DNA of 64,000 nt from Sedimentisphaerales bacterium (GTDB lineage: Bacteria > Planctomycetota > Phycisphaerae > Sedimentisphaerales > Anaerobacaceae). This document shows positions 24,608 through 34,844 of the stretch, piece by piece. The translations under genes and the position numbers were made by a program. The notes beneath the pieces were generated by a model. It was given only the letters and a program-made list of their open reading frames with translations. It was not told the DNA's origin and did not search any database. The first letter of the stretch is position 1. Every line of letters starts with the position of its first letter. The stretch is from positions 47,853-111,852 of the forward strand of contig JBEKTD010000007.1 of assembly GCA_049516395.1 (NCBI GenBank), in the 5' to 3' direction.

Positions 24608-27600
24608 TCAACTTTGTTGACAACTGGTTTCAAGCCAATGGTCGGCCATAACATCAAGGTCTTTCAAATTAACGGTACCATCCCGACTTCCCAGTGGTTC
24701 GAGGTCGGCTCCTTCACAGTAGTTATTCGAAGCAGAGCAATCTGTTTCCAACCAATGACTCGCAAGGACCGCCAAATCCTCCAGATTTACTGTCCCGTTT
24801 TTATTAAGGTCGGCGCCGCCGCATTTTGGGGGAAGAGCGCCGGTCCAGCATATCGACAAAGGCATTGCGAGGTCGCCTGCGCCCAAAATGCATACTGCAT
24901 TCACATCGCTTACTCCATAGGGCACATAGGGCACTTTCACAAGGCATGGGTCGTAGAAAGGTAAAGGTATAACATTGCTTTGGTAATTAGGGTAATTAGT
25001 ACTATAAGGATCCTGTGGCAGCAACGAATTAAAATTGAACCCAGTTACCCAGAGTGAGTTTGTGATTGGGTCTTCGGTGATACTCGTAACGTGCTGCATT
25101 CCAGACACCGTTATAGTCCGGACAGGCGCGAGGGTTGCGGTGGAAAGCCCATAAATCACCGTTGTGTCGTAATCAGCGTTGTTACTTAACGAAGATGCGA
25201 GATAAAGCATGTTCGTAGAACTTGAGACACACATACCCACAGGAGCCGGCAAAAACAGCGGGCTGTTTGGGTCACCTAAATCAAGACGACAAATAGTGGC
25301 ACCGTTGGGATCAAACTTCCACAGTATATCGCTCCCGTTCATGGCATTGGCATTAGTCACATAGACATTTCCAGCCGCGTCAAGTCCAATATCTCGGAGG
25401 TTGTTGCGATAATCAAGCTGGTTATCAGCAGTAGAAATAGGCTTCTCATCAAACAGCTTGACCACGTGGTAAGGAGGAGTCGAGTTGGAGTCCAACTGCA
25501 GCTTGGCTGCAGCGGCATAACAAGGGTCGTTTCCTGCAGGAACAACCACTACGGGCACAACGTACACATAGTTGTTTGCGTCGAAGGCAGCGTCCCAAAC
25601 AGGTCTTCCAAAGGCATTACTGCCTGTTCCCTGAATACCCACATAAACCCTGGCTCGTTGACCATAACGTGGTTCGCTGTTAACGTCGGTATGGCCCGGA
25701 GGTACGATTTGTGTACCGGTATCAAGCCGAGATATTCCACTCAGTGAATTAATCTGGTACAAGTCACTGCCCATACCTCGCACCACCGCGATATTACATC
25801 TCTCAGACGCGGGAATGAGACATCGAGCATAGTTATAACTGCTGTCGAATACATAAAGCCGGTCTTTCAATCTTGTCTGGGGGGCGGTAGTGCCCATCTT
25901 GCCGGATATCAACAAGTCGCTAAAATCTGAAAGATTGAGAAGATCGGCAGAATGAGAGAAATTAAGAAGTCCGTCTTTGCTCCCTAATTCGCTCGTCGCA
26001 GGACCGGGGCCGCCTAAAGGTACCCCCCCACAAAAACTCCCAGGTTCGCCGGTATTCAGTATCCAGTCCCAGGATAACATATCATATTTATCCGCATAGC
26101 CATCATTGCTGAAAACTCCTTCCGCACATGTTGGTAGGTCAACGCTTCCGGTCCCGGCCACAACTACTAAGAGGTCCAACACATCGACGGAATTAGACCA
26201 ATTCAAGTCAAGACAGTAGCCGTCCCAACCGCACCAAATTCCAGCATCCCACTTAGTAATAATAACACTGAGATCTTCCGATACTTCCGAACTCATAAGT
26301 CGCATTTCTTTATCGTAACTATATGCAAGAAGTCCGCTGCCGGATACAGGTTCGTTCATTTCGAGTTCAACCCACGTTCCTTTTGAAAGGTCAAGTCCGC
26401 CTGTCGAATGGAACATGTCGAAATTGCCGAATCGGTTGCTGTCCGCCGAGCCCGGCCGAGGCCACGGCGGATTTAAAACACGACCAACCTCAATATAGTG
26501 CTCGGCACGGCATGGGTCATTATGGTCAAGCATCTCAGGCACATCCGACAGGTAAACCACTATCTGGGCACAGGGGTCTGTAGTGCTGAACAGGTAATTG
26601 AACTGAATTCGTATTCTATCTTCAACAGCCGGCGCATACGCGCCCTTTGCTCGGGCGAAAGTCATCTGACCATTTACATCTTTCAGGTTATGCATCGCCA
26701 TAAATCCGTTGGGGTCAGGGGCCTGTCCAGTTACCAGTTCGACGTGTATCATGGTGTTATTGGGGTCCGCAGAATTGTTGTTGCTCACACGGCTTTGGAA
26801 CTCCGCAGCGCTGTCGAAATTTATCTTATCCAGTGAAAATCCCAGTAACGCCCCTTTCTTGATTGAATTCACGTCACCGTAAAGATTCGTATAATAAAGA
26901 TGCTCAAAACCAACGTTTAAAACGCTGCCGACGTTGCAAAAATCAAAAACAAGGTTTTTCACGTACAGGACCTCAGGGTTTCCATTGCCGTTGTTAAAAC
27001 GGTTCACAAGGGTTACTTTTGCGCCGGGTTTCACCTCCAATTGCTCCAGCGTCCAGGAATTTGTATCGAACGCAGGCATATTGTTGCCAAGCTGACAGGC
27101 CAATACATTTGGGTCATTAAAATCGCAGGGAGGCGATACAAAATTTCGACCTCGAAGTTCTAGGAAGCCATCGCTCTCTGTAATAGTAACATAGATGCGG
27201 TTGTTAGCAATAGTCCCCGTGAATGTGCAGGGGTCAACATCCATATAGCGGTCGCCGTCCGCATAAATATCGAGGTTTGTCGCCGTGGCGGAGCCCTCTA
27301 CCTGGAATTTGCCGAAATATCCCCCCGCCTGCCGGCTGATATTCACAGTCGCGTGTTTCAATTGTGCATTGTCTTTTACTTTGAGCAGGCCGTCACATTG
27401 GATTGTGCCTTTTATATTCGGGTCATTGGGGTCATTAAGGTCAACAATCGCGTTGGAATCAATTATCATTTCCCCGCCAAGACAAATATTCACACCTCCT
27501 ATCCCCTGAATTCGTGAACTTCCTCCAAAATATATAACGTTGTTGCTGCAGTACATACCAATATCACCGCCGTATGGTGCCGAATTGCCGCTGAACGTGC

Positions 27601-28471
27601 AATCAGTCAGTATTACGTTGCAGTCGTAAGAACACAACCCGCCGCCTTCGTAGGTTGCCGAGTTGCCGCTGAAGTTACAGCCGGTCAGCATCGGGCTGCT
27701 AAAGTCGTTTTCCATCCCCCCGCCGTAGACTGCCGAGTTGCCGCTGAATGTGCAGTTGGTCAGTGTCGGGCTGCTCCAGTCGTTTTCCATCCCACCACTA
27801 ATGCTTGCCGAGTTACCGATGAATGTGCAGTTGGTTACGGTCGGGTTGCTCCCGAGGTTTTCCATCCCACCACCAATGTTTGCCGAGTTACCGATGAATT
27901 TGCAGTTGGTTACGGTCGGGCTACCCTGAATGTTACACATCCCGCCGCCTTCAAAGTTGTACACTTCGCCATTGGCATTGCCGGCGGTAATTGTAAAACC
28001 GTCGAGAATGGCAGTGGAATCGGTGTCGGAGCCGGTAACTACATTATAGCTGTTGTCACTGTTATTACCCACAACGTTTATATCACCGCTGAGAATGGTC
28101 TGGTATATATTGGGGTTTCGGCTTGACCAGCCACCGCCGCTGGGGAACCCGCCATAGATTGCCACACCGCTTTTAAGCTGGAAAGTGGCAGTTCGACTAC
28201 CGGTGCCACTGGGATGGGCGGTATTCATATCGGGTTTATAAGTGCCCTGCGCCACCCAAATCTCATCAACGAAGGGGAAGGGGCCCGCATTCAGGGCATC
28301 CTGCAGATATTGATATGCATCACCCCAGCTTGTGCCGTCGTGAAAACCGAATATAGCGCTGGCGTCAACGTAGACTCTGCCCGCTGGTCCGGCTGTTGCG
28401 AGGTGAAGCGGATAAGTAATGATTATCATCGCAAACAGCCATTTGCCTGCCGAGTGTGTAATAGTTTTCAT
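24608..28471 (-). CDS. 1287-aa secreted right-handed beta-helix (pectate-lyase-fold/Pmp-like repeat) protein with a beta-propeller-like region and two C-terminal dockerin/EF-hand-like repeats
   Basis: Signal peptide present. Tandem NCTFIGNSA..GGGMEN units. C-terminus DLNKNGTVNLEDLAVLASHWLE and DGTVNLKDLDVMADHWLE. Confidence 0.75.
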   Translation of the reverse strand: MKTITHSAGKWLFAMIIITYPLHLATAGPAGRVYVDASAIFGFHDGTSWGDAYQYLQDALNAGPFPFVDEIWVAQGTYKPDMNTAHPSGTGSRTATFQLKSGVAIYGGFPSGGGWSSRNPNIYQTILSGDINVVGNNSDNSYNVVTGSDTDSTAILDGFTITAGNANGEVYNFEGGGMCNIQGSPTVTNCKFIGNSANIGGGMENLGSNPTVTNCTFIGNSASISGGMENDWSSPTLTNCTFSGNSAVYGGGMENDFSSPMLTGCNFSGNSATYEGGGLCSYDCNVILTDCTFSGNSAPYGGDIGMYCSNNVIYFGGSSRIQGIGGVNICLGGEMIIDSNAIVDLNDPNDPNIKGTIQCDGLLKVKDNAQLKHATVNISRQAGGYFGKFQVEGSATATNLDIYADGDRYMDVDPCTFTGTIANNRIYVTITESDGFLELRGRNFVSPPCDFNDPNVLACQLGNNMPAFDTNSWTLEQLEVKPGAKVTLVNRFNNGNGNPEVLYVKNLVFDFCNVGSVLNVGFEHLYYTNLYGDVNSIKKGALLGFSLDKINFDSAAEFQSRVSNNNSADPNNTMIHVELVTGQAPDPNGFMAMHNLKDVNGQMTFARAKGAYAPAVEDRIRIQFNYLFSTTDPCAQIVVYLSDVPEMLDHNDPCRAEHYIEVGRVLNPPWPRPGSADSNRFGNFDMFHSTGGLDLSKGTWVELEMNEPVSGSGLLAYSYDKEMRLMSSEVSEDLSVIITKWDAGIWCGWDGYCLDLNWSNSVDVLDLLVVVAGTGSVDLPTCAEGVFSNDGYADKYDMLSWDWILNTGEPGSFCGGVPLGGPGPATSELGSKDGLLNFSHSADLLNLSDFSDLLISGKMGTTAPQTRLKDRLYVFDSSYNYARCLIPASERCNIAVVRGMGSDLYQINSLSGISRLDTGTQIVPPGHTDVNSEPRYGQRARVYVGIQGTGSNAFGRPVWDAAFDANNYVYVVPVVVVPAGNDPCYAAAAKLQLDSNSTPPYHVVKLFDEKPISTADNQLDYRNNLRDIGLDAAGNVYVTNANAMNGSDILWKFDPNGATICRLDLGDPNSPLFLPAPVGMCVSSSTNMLYLASSLSNNADYDTTVIYGLSTATLAPVRTITVSGMQHVTSITEDPITNSLWVTGFNFNSLLPQDPYSTNYPNYQSNVIPLPFYDPCLVKVPYVPYGVSDVNAVCILGAGDLAMPLSICWTGALPPKCGGADLNKNGTVNLEDLAVLASHWLETDCSASNNYCEGADLEPLGSRDGTVNLKDLDVMADHWLETSCQQS

Positions 28472-28759
28472 CTTACTACCCTCCGTTGGGGCGAAACTCG
28501 ACCGCCAACTTTAATTTAGAAAAACCTTCAAAATCCTCCAGTAAAACGCCGCTTGCCTAAGGCAAAGAGCCCTCTTTTTCGCTGTAAGAAGCAGGTTGTC
28601 TCATCAAAAATTACGACAGAAGGAAAAGATACTGTAACATAGCATCTCCGAAAGGTCAACCGTTTTTTCGAGCAAAAATGTGTTTATAATCTGACATAAT
28701 TTCACGTAACTTACTTATTTAGCGTATCTTAGCAGCAGGAGAAATCAGCCGGCTTGAGT

Positions 28760-29620
28760 TTATGGTCCCTGGACCTGATATGCCAATTCGAACAAATCCT
28801 TGAATGGAACTATGCTGTAATCATCGGTTACATACCAGGCCTTGCGGACTTTTACAAAAGCGACGTGGCCGTCCAGAAAAGCCAGGTTATAACAATCGGG
28901 CTTTACGTGCCATTCGCCGTAAGGTTTGCATTGCTGCTCCCATATCGTTTCGACAGGAGGCGGCATCGGCCTCCATTGGGTTAGCCATCCCTGGTCCCCG
29001 ATAAGCGCCACGTAAGCGTGGCTTGCAGTCACCTGACTGATGCGAAGATCCGTGATACGGTAACTGATAGCCAGGTCGAGAGCACTGGTTGTAGGACTGA
29101 AGGCGCCATATTGTTTTGGGCCGATAAGAAAAAAATTCGTCTGGTAACTTGTCCCCATATAATTATATGCCTTTTCTCTTGGTATAAACATAATTCCACC
29201 AGTGTCGCCCGGGCAGCAGAAAACTTTGCCTGGTTTATCATCCTCCAGCGTCCCATCCAGACCCATAAATCTGTTAAGCGGACGCGGCGACCAGTTAACG
29301 TCTCCTATCCACCCCCCATAATCCCAATTGGCGTTTACTCCCTGATAAAATCGGCCGTCATATTGGTCGATATACATCCCCCACGCGTATGCGAGCTGTT
29401 TAAGATTGCCCTGACAGGCAATTCGTTTTCCGGCGGCTCGCGCCAAACGCAGTGCCGGCAGCAATATGGCCAACAGCACCGCGATAATCGCGATAACCAC
29501 AAGAAGCTCTATCAGAGTAAATCCTCCATTATAATTTCTGTGTTTATATTGCTCGCAGCGATTATGCGATATCCGCCTATTCATTTGGTTCACCCGCTGA
29601 AAATCGCTCGAGCTTTTCAC
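28760..29620 (-). CDS. DUF1559/H-X9-DG family protein with a prepilin-type N-terminal cleavage/methylation domain
   Basis: [25 protein letters not shown], and C-terminal [12 protein letters not shown]. The start may be the internal MNRRIS (29584). Confidence 0.8.
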   Translation of the reverse strand: MKSSSDFQRVNQMNRRISHNRCEQYKHRNYNGGFTLIELLVVIAIIAVLLAILLPALRLARAAGKRIACQGNLKQLAYAWGMYIDQYDGRFYQGVNANWDYGGWIGDVNWSPRPLNRFMGLDGTLEDDKPGKVFCCPGDTGGIMFIPREKAYNYMGTSYQTNFFLIGPKQYGAFSPTTSALDLAISYRITDLRISQVTASHAYVALIGDQGWLTQWRPMPPPVETIWEQQCKPYGEWHVKPDCYNLAFLDGHVAFVKVRKAWYVTDDYSIVPFKDLFELAYQVQGP

Positions 29621-31313
29621 CTGTTGTTGTCAGCTCGTATAACCTTGCCTGTACAATGTTGGCCAGCCACATTTCTATGGGCTTATTGTCTGCCTGTATC
29701 TTTTGCAGGGTCTTGAAGCTGTTTCTGTAAGCATTCAGGGCCTGCTCTTTATTCCCGTCTTTCAAATAATGCTCGCCTATGACAAAGTCCGCAAACCCGA
29801 CCTGTTCCTCGCCGATTCGCCGGCGAAATTCGACTTCTTTATCCTTTAACGGCTGTGGACTGACCAAAAACACCGCGGCTACAAACTCCCTCGAACCCTT
29901 GGCGAAAATGCGACTTCTTTTTTCTGCCTCCGCTATCCGTCCTTTGCGCAATAGTTCAAGGATGTTGGTAAAATGCAGCGGCGCTACTATGCCGAAAGTT
30001 GCACGTTGTTCCTTCTCAAGTTGAATAGCTCTCTCGGTCCATTGTTTTGAAATTGCTTCAGCGTCACGCTGCGCTGCCCTTGCGGTCAGATAAAGTTCTA
30101 AGCACACAAATGAAAATGACAAGATGATAACCAATAGCAGGCCGACGACTGCGGCCACGTAACGGTGCCTGGTGATGACCTTTCGTATCAGGTATAGGGT
30201 GCTGATTGACCTGACGCTGATTGGACGGCCGGCAAGCCAGTTTTCGATATCGGTTTGAAGACCCGCAACAGATTGGTATCGCCGGGTCCTGTCTTTATCA
30301 ATAGCAGTGAGAACAATCGCCTCAACATCAGTATCGAATTTTCGGATGATTTTGCTTGGTCTTACCGGTTCCGCCCCCTGGATATTCTTGAGAACTTCTA
30401 AAACTGGGCCTGTAACATCGTATGGGTCCTGCCCGGTCAATATATGATATAGCATCATACCAAGGGCATATACATCCGTACGAACATCAATTAGTTCGGG
30501 CTTTGCTGCCGCCTGCTCCGGGGACATATTCGAAAGAGACCCCGCCCATTGGCCGGTTATCGTCGGCATCGCGTCCTTACGGTCAAGCTCGCTCATTCCA
30601 ATCGCCTTTGCCAGTCCGAAATCCAGTATGTGCGGCTCGCCGCGCTCGTCTATCAGGACGTTTGCTGATTTCAAATCACGGTGGATGATTCCCTGCTGAT
30701 GGGCGTACGTCACCGCTTCGCAGATTTTTTTGAAAAGGATTATGCGTTCGCGGAAAGACAGATTCTGTGCCTCGACATAACGGTACAGTGGCTGCCCCTT
30801 GATATACTCCATTACGAAGAAATACTGGCCGTGGATAATGCCGCTGTCGCGAATTTTGACTATGTTGGGATGGTCGAGACCTGCAATCAACTCGGCTTCT
30901 CGCTCAAAGTAGTACCGCGCCCTGGTTGAAGCCACTAAGGTCGGCAGCAGAATCTTCATCGCTACGTGTGTTTTTGTCGGCTTATGAATGGCCTTATAGA
31001 CAATTGCCTGGCCTCCCTGCGGAAGCTCCTGAATTATGTCGTAGTTCTCAAAAGCCGGGCTTGTGTCCTTACCTGAGACCCATGCGCCAACCAAAGAATC
31101 CTTGCCCCCTGACATTGACCTTGTAGGAGATTCATCCGCAATTACAGGGTTATTCCCTTGTGTAGAACGCACACTCTGACGGCATATCTCGCATTCTGAG
31201 AGATGAGTTTGAATCTCGGACCTCTCAGCCGCCGTGCATTCTCCTGCAACATACCGACACAACTCTTCTGGACTAAAGCACCTCGACAACTTTAATCCTC
31301 CTCTAATTCCCAT
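29577..31313 (-). CDS. Ser/Thr protein kinase with an N-terminal ZAS-type (HxxxCxxC) zinc motif, a TM helix and a C-terminal helical-repeat domain
   Basis: THLSECEIC near the N-terminus. Kinase motifs [22 protein letters not shown] and SPEQ. TM segment [23 protein letters not shown]. Confidence 0.85.
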   Translation of the reverse strand: MGIRGGLKLSRCFSPEELCRYVAGECTAAERSEIQTHLSECEICRQSVRSTQGNNPVIADESPTRSMSGGKDSLVGAWVSGKDTSPAFENYDIIQELPQGGQAIVYKAIHKPTKTHVAMKILLPTLVASTRARYYFEREAELIAGLDHPNIVKIRDSGIIHGQYFFVMEYIKGQPLYRYVEAQNLSFRERIILFKKICEAVTYAHQQGIIHRDLKSANVLIDERGEPHILDFGLAKAIGMSELDRKDAMPTITGQWAGSLSNMSPEQAAAKPELIDVRTDVYALGMMLYHILTGQDPYDVTGPVLEVLKNIQGAEPVRPSKIIRKFDTDVEAIVLTAIDKDRTRRYQSVAGLQTDIENWLAGRPISVRSISTLYLIRKVITRHRYVAAVVGLLLVIILSFSFVCLELYLTARAAQRDAEAISKQWTERAIQLEKEQRATFGIVAPLHFTNILELLRKGRIAEAEKRSRIFAKGSREFVAAVFLVSPQPLKDKEVEFRRRIGEEQVGFADFVIGEHYLKDGNKEQALNAYRNSFKTLQKIQADNKPIEMWLANIVQARLYELTTTGEKLERFSAGEPNE

Positions 31314-31461
31314 ACCAGTCGTTCAGCCATAAACACACAACAGGCCTCGCCTCTGGTATTAACTGGTAGAATGCTTCCTTTTGGTCAACATCGTAAATCA
31401 CCGATTCCCCAAAAGCAACCTTTTTCGGTGTATTTCTGGGGATTGGAAATGAACATCATAT

Positions 31462-31563
31462 CCCGTACCGTAAAAGATTCATCTGATGCTAAGTTTATTA
31501 AACACTTGGCCTTGTAAACCATTGATTTTATTGAAATTGGTCGGCCTCCCTTCGGTTCTGCGC
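31462..31563 (+). repeat. dispersed intergenic repeat family A, copy 3 (more diverged)
   Basis: cccgtaccgtaaaagattcatctgatgctaag...attttattgaaattggtcggcctcccttcggttctgcgc. It lies in the kinase/ECF divergent spacer. Confidence 0.55.
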
Positions 31564-31639
31564 TATGATTCTCCCCAGTTCTCTCTATAATCTCGTCATT
31601 GATAAGAAAGGGTGTATTTGGTAATATGATTGTTTATAT

Positions 31640-32242
31640 TTGGCTTTTTTGTCTTTTGGGAGTAAGTTACAGGTGGGTGAAAAAAGCACGACAGAACAAG
31701 GTTATGATATATCGGGCGACGTTCAACGTGCCGCGGTAATCTTTCTTGAGCACGGCGATTTTATCCTTGCTGTTATTCGCCACAAAATTAAGGATGAAAG
31801 CCGGGCCGAGGATTTGTTCCATGATTTCTTCCTTTCGCTTGCATCGAGACCTGTCCCGGCAGAAGTGCAAGACATCAAAGGTTATATCTACAGGGCGATA
31901 ATCAATGATATAACAGACCACATCCGACACCTCGGAAGATACCAGGCAATGACAAAAAGATGTGCTGATTATAGCAAATTAATCGTCAACAATCGGCCGC
32001 CCGAAAACGCCTTAATGGAGAAAGAGCAGGCAGATAGAATGGTAGAATTAATCAGAAAACGGGTAACTAAGAACGAATTTAAAGCTATTGCATCAAGATA
32101 CCGTGATGATTTATCCATAAAGGAAGCGGCTGACAGGATGAATATTGATGACCGCTCTGTAGTCCGATATATTTCCACCGGGCTTAGGAAGGTTAAGAAA
32201 TATCTGGCAATTAAGCAAGAGGCCGAGAATGATAGCGCCTAA
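31640..32242 (+). CDS. ECF (sigma-70 family) RNA polymerase sigma factor
   Basis: Region-2-like FFLSLASRP...GYIYRAIINDITDHIR. Region 4 reads DLSIKEAADRMNIDDRSVVRYISTGLRKVKKYL. The start is uncertain (TTG at 31640 in the track; an internal GTG is possible). Confidence 0.75.
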   Translation: MAFLSFGSKLQVGEKSTTEQGYDISGDVQRAAVIFLEHGDFILAVIRHKIKDESRAEDLFHDFFLSLASRPVPAEVQDIKGYIYRAIINDITDHIRHLGRYQAMTKRCADYSKLIVNNRPPENALMEKEQADRMVELIRKRVTKNEFKAIASRYRDDLSIKEAADRMNIDDRSVVRYISTGLRKVKKYLAIKQEAENDSA

Positions 32243-33911
32243 TTATAACAAATTTTGTGCGGAAGCCGAGCGGCACTACTTTGACTTTTTACGTGATGAG
32301 GCCGAACGGCCTGTTCCCAGCGAAGTCATCGACCACATCATGGGATGTCTTTACTGTCGTGAGCAAATGAGCCGGCTTGAAGCAATGCTGGCTGAATGCA
32401 AAGAGCATCCACAAGCGCACCTTGCACAACATCAGATGGCGACTACCGCCATACTCAAGCTGCACTTTTCGTTTGTGGGTAAACACGTTAATTGTGCTGA
32501 TGCAAGGCCTTTTTTGCCGAATCTTTTGGCTCCGACGACGCAAATCAGGATGCCTACGCCTATAACGGCCCATATCGATAACTGCGACCAATGCAAAGAA
32601 GATTCCAAAAAGCTGCAAAATCTGGGCCTCAGTCACAAACAGCTTATGACCCTCAGCGAATTGTTTGCAGATGAACTCGATGCCGACGAAACGGATTGCA
32701 CCGCGGCTCGTGAGGCAATTCCCACTGTTGTTGCAATGGCCTTTGGCCGAACAGATGCAAAAACTTTAAGGCATTTATCTTTATGCCCGAAATGTCGTCA
32801 GGAACTGTACAAATTCCGTCAGACAATCCTGGAGCAAACAAAAATACTGCATAGCGAGAATGAAACACAAAAAAGTATCTTCCCGTGTTCATCCGTAGGA
32901 GCAAATGACGTCTTTGATTATTGCATCCCATACGGCATAGACCCGGCAAGCGACGAATATGCCAAATTCCGCAAATCTTTAACCACACACATTGTTTGCT
33001 GTGCCGACTGCCTTGACAAAATCCAGCAATTGCACAAGACGATTTATGATATTGCCGACAGGCCGGAATCCGGCGTTGCGACGGTCTTCCACATAGACAC
33101 GACTGCCAAGGTTGAGACAGAAAGCATATACGCCGGTTTCCCTGTAAGGGTGGAAACGGCCATTTTGGATAGCCGGGAGCAAACACGCTCTGAGAAGGTT
33201 GAAACAGCCGTAAAACTCAAATCTGCATCAAAGAACCTCAGACCCCTATTGAAAATGGCGCTTCCGGTCGCAGCGGTGCTAATGGTAGCAGTAGGCCTGT
33301 TTATTAACGTCCATACCGCGAAAGGTCTTGCCATTGAGCAGATTTACAGGGCTATAGATATGGTTAAGAACATCCATATTTCCAGCTTTGTTGCCGATAA
33401 GCAGAAAGCTGTACAGGAGGTATGGATAGCCAGAAGCTCCGGCTTATATGTTATTAAAACAGAAAATGAGTGCACGTTACGTAACATTTCTGACCGCATA
33501 CAGAAGTCCAAAGATTTGGGCACCGGCACAATTAAACAAACCTCATTGGGCAGTGATGTTCTGGCCGGTATCGCAACAAAGATTCACAGTTCATTAGATA
33601 TAATGCCTTTTCGCACGCCCACCGACATCCCCGCAGACGCAAGGTGGTCTGAGATAACGGATTCCGAACTTGCCGTTAAAACCGGCAATACGAAAGTATA
33701 TGAACTGAGTTGGGCCGAGAATGCTTATGATGGCTCAATGACGCAAAAGAGTTGGCGGATATTTATGGAAACCTCTACTAATCTGCCGCGGAAAATTCAA
33801 TGGTTTAAGCAGTCGGCATCTGACCCTCAGCCGGTCCTGGAATCGATTATGATTATCGAATACCCCGGCGACAAAGAAATAATCGCAAAAGCAGAAGCTA
33901 TGTCATTCTAA
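32229..33911 (+). CDS. membrane anti-sigma-like protein with four tandem HxxxCxxC (ZAS/zf-HC2-like) motifs and an extracytoplasmic domain
   Basis: Motifs DHIMGCLYC, AHIDNCDQC, RHLSLCPKC and THIVCCADC fall in the first ~260 aa. The TM segment is LLKMALPVAAVLMVAVGLFI. The gene overlaps the sigma gene end by 14 nt. Confidence 0.7.
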   Translation: MIAPNYNKFCAEAERHYFDFLRDEAERPVPSEVIDHIMGCLYCREQMSRLEAMLAECKEHPQAHLAQHQMATTAILKLHFSFVGKHVNCADARPFLPNLLAPTTQIRMPTPITAHIDNCDQCKEDSKKLQNLGLSHKQLMTLSELFADELDADETDCTAAREAIPTVVAMAFGRTDAKTLRHLSLCPKCRQELYKFRQTILEQTKILHSENETQKSIFPCSSVGANDVFDYCIPYGIDPASDEYAKFRKSLTTHIVCCADCLDKIQQLHKTIYDIADRPESGVATVFHIDTTAKVETESIYAGFPVRVETAILDSREQTRSEKVETAVKLKSASKNLRPLLKMALPVAAVLMVAVGLFINVHTAKGLAIEQIYRAIDMVKNIHISSFVADKQKAVQEVWIARSSGLYVIKTENECTLRNISDRIQKSKDLGTGTIKQTSLGSDVLAGIATKIHSSLDIMPFRTPTDIPADARWSEITDSELAVKTGNTKVYELSWAENAYDGSMTQKSWRIFMETSTNLPRKIQWFKQSASDPQPVLESIMIIEYPGDKEIIAKAEAMSF

Positions 33912-33918
33912 TCCGCAG

Positions 33919-34797
33919 CTATTGGGAACATGGCGCCCATAGTGGGAATTTATTTTCGTAATCGCTGTCGCCCTTTTTTTTAACGAGCAACTCTTCCGCT
34001 TTGGTGCGGGCTATGTGATCATCAACAAATCCAACGTTGACCGTCATTTGGGGATGTCTCCCGTAGAAAGCATCTATCTCCTGTCCCGGCAAAAGCTTTC
34101 TTTGGCGATTTATCGACAAGCCCGGAATGTAGGCAGTATCTTCCATGTTTGTGTTGCCAAGTGCTACCGACGGGAAATCAGCCGCGTGCTGCCAGCTTAT
34201 GATTGCATAACCACTATCGACTATGAGCAATGTCTGAGCCGGCCGTAAAATGTCTGAACACCACCTTGGTTTGCCGACAAAATTCTGGTCCGTGCTTCCC
34301 GTGGACATTCTGCAAATGGACAGATTAACGCCATAGTTACCACAAAGAATATCATTTTTGAGCTTTGGATCTTGTATCTGTTTGGACGGACATTGAAGCA
34401 AGGTCTTCCCGCTCATATTTTTCTTATAAATGTCCTTAAGGTAATTAAACCACCACCATCCAGTTCTATCCCCCCCAGGTTGGTTATTGCCGGCGTAACC
34501 ACCGGCTGGAGTTGGACTAGGTGGAGGTGGGTTGTCAAACCCGTAAGGGAATTGGCCGCTGTCGGCGACGTACATGGACAAGGCCGTATTTAACTGCCTG
34601 ATATTAGACATACAGACGGCTGCTTTTGCCTGAAGCCGGGATCTCTGAAGAGAAGGGACCAAAAGTGCAAAGAGAACAGCCATAATTCCTATTACTAAAA
34701 TCAATTCTATCAGTGTTAGCCCAAATCGCCGCATAGCCAACACTGTATGATTTTTATGGGAGAAAGTCAATCGCATCAGAGCAACAATATACGACAA
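33919..34797 (-). CDS. DUF1559-like prepilin-type N-terminal methylation domain protein
   Basis: GLTLIELILVIGIMAVLFALLVPSL, and C-terminal NVGFVDDHIA (a variant H-X9-DG region). Confidence 0.75.
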   Translation of the reverse strand: MSYIVALMRLTFSHKNHTVLAMRRFGLTLIELILVIGIMAVLFALLVPSLQRSRLQAKAAVCMSNIRQLNTALSMYVADSGQFPYGFDNPPPPSPTPAGGYAGNNQPGGDRTGWWWFNYLKDIYKKNMSGKTLLQCPSKQIQDPKLKNDILCGNYGVNLSICRMSTGSTDQNFVGKPRWCSDILRPAQTLLIVDSGYAIISWQHAADFPSVALGNTNMEDTAYIPGLSINRQRKLLPGQEIDAFYGRHPQMTVNVGFVDDHIARTKAEELLVKKKGDSDYENKFPLWAPCSQ

Positions 34798-34844
34798 CCT
34801 TCAGCTGCTGCCCCTATTGAGGCAATATCAGGATAAAGCCGCTG

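Noticed and set aside
27540-27960. Regularly spaced ~69-bp DNA repeats that could be mistaken for a CRISPR-like array (also 51900..52620 and 59330..60000)
   Set aside because: All lie inside long ORFs and encode protein repeats (beta-helix NCTF.GNSA units, HAF units, NHL blades). The intervening sequences are themselves conserved, and no cas genes are present.
15582-28471. Two unrelated proteins of exactly 1287 aa (15582..19445 and 24608..28471)
   Set aside because: Coincidence. The sequences share no similarity: one is a polytopic redox fusion and the other a secreted beta-helix adhesin.
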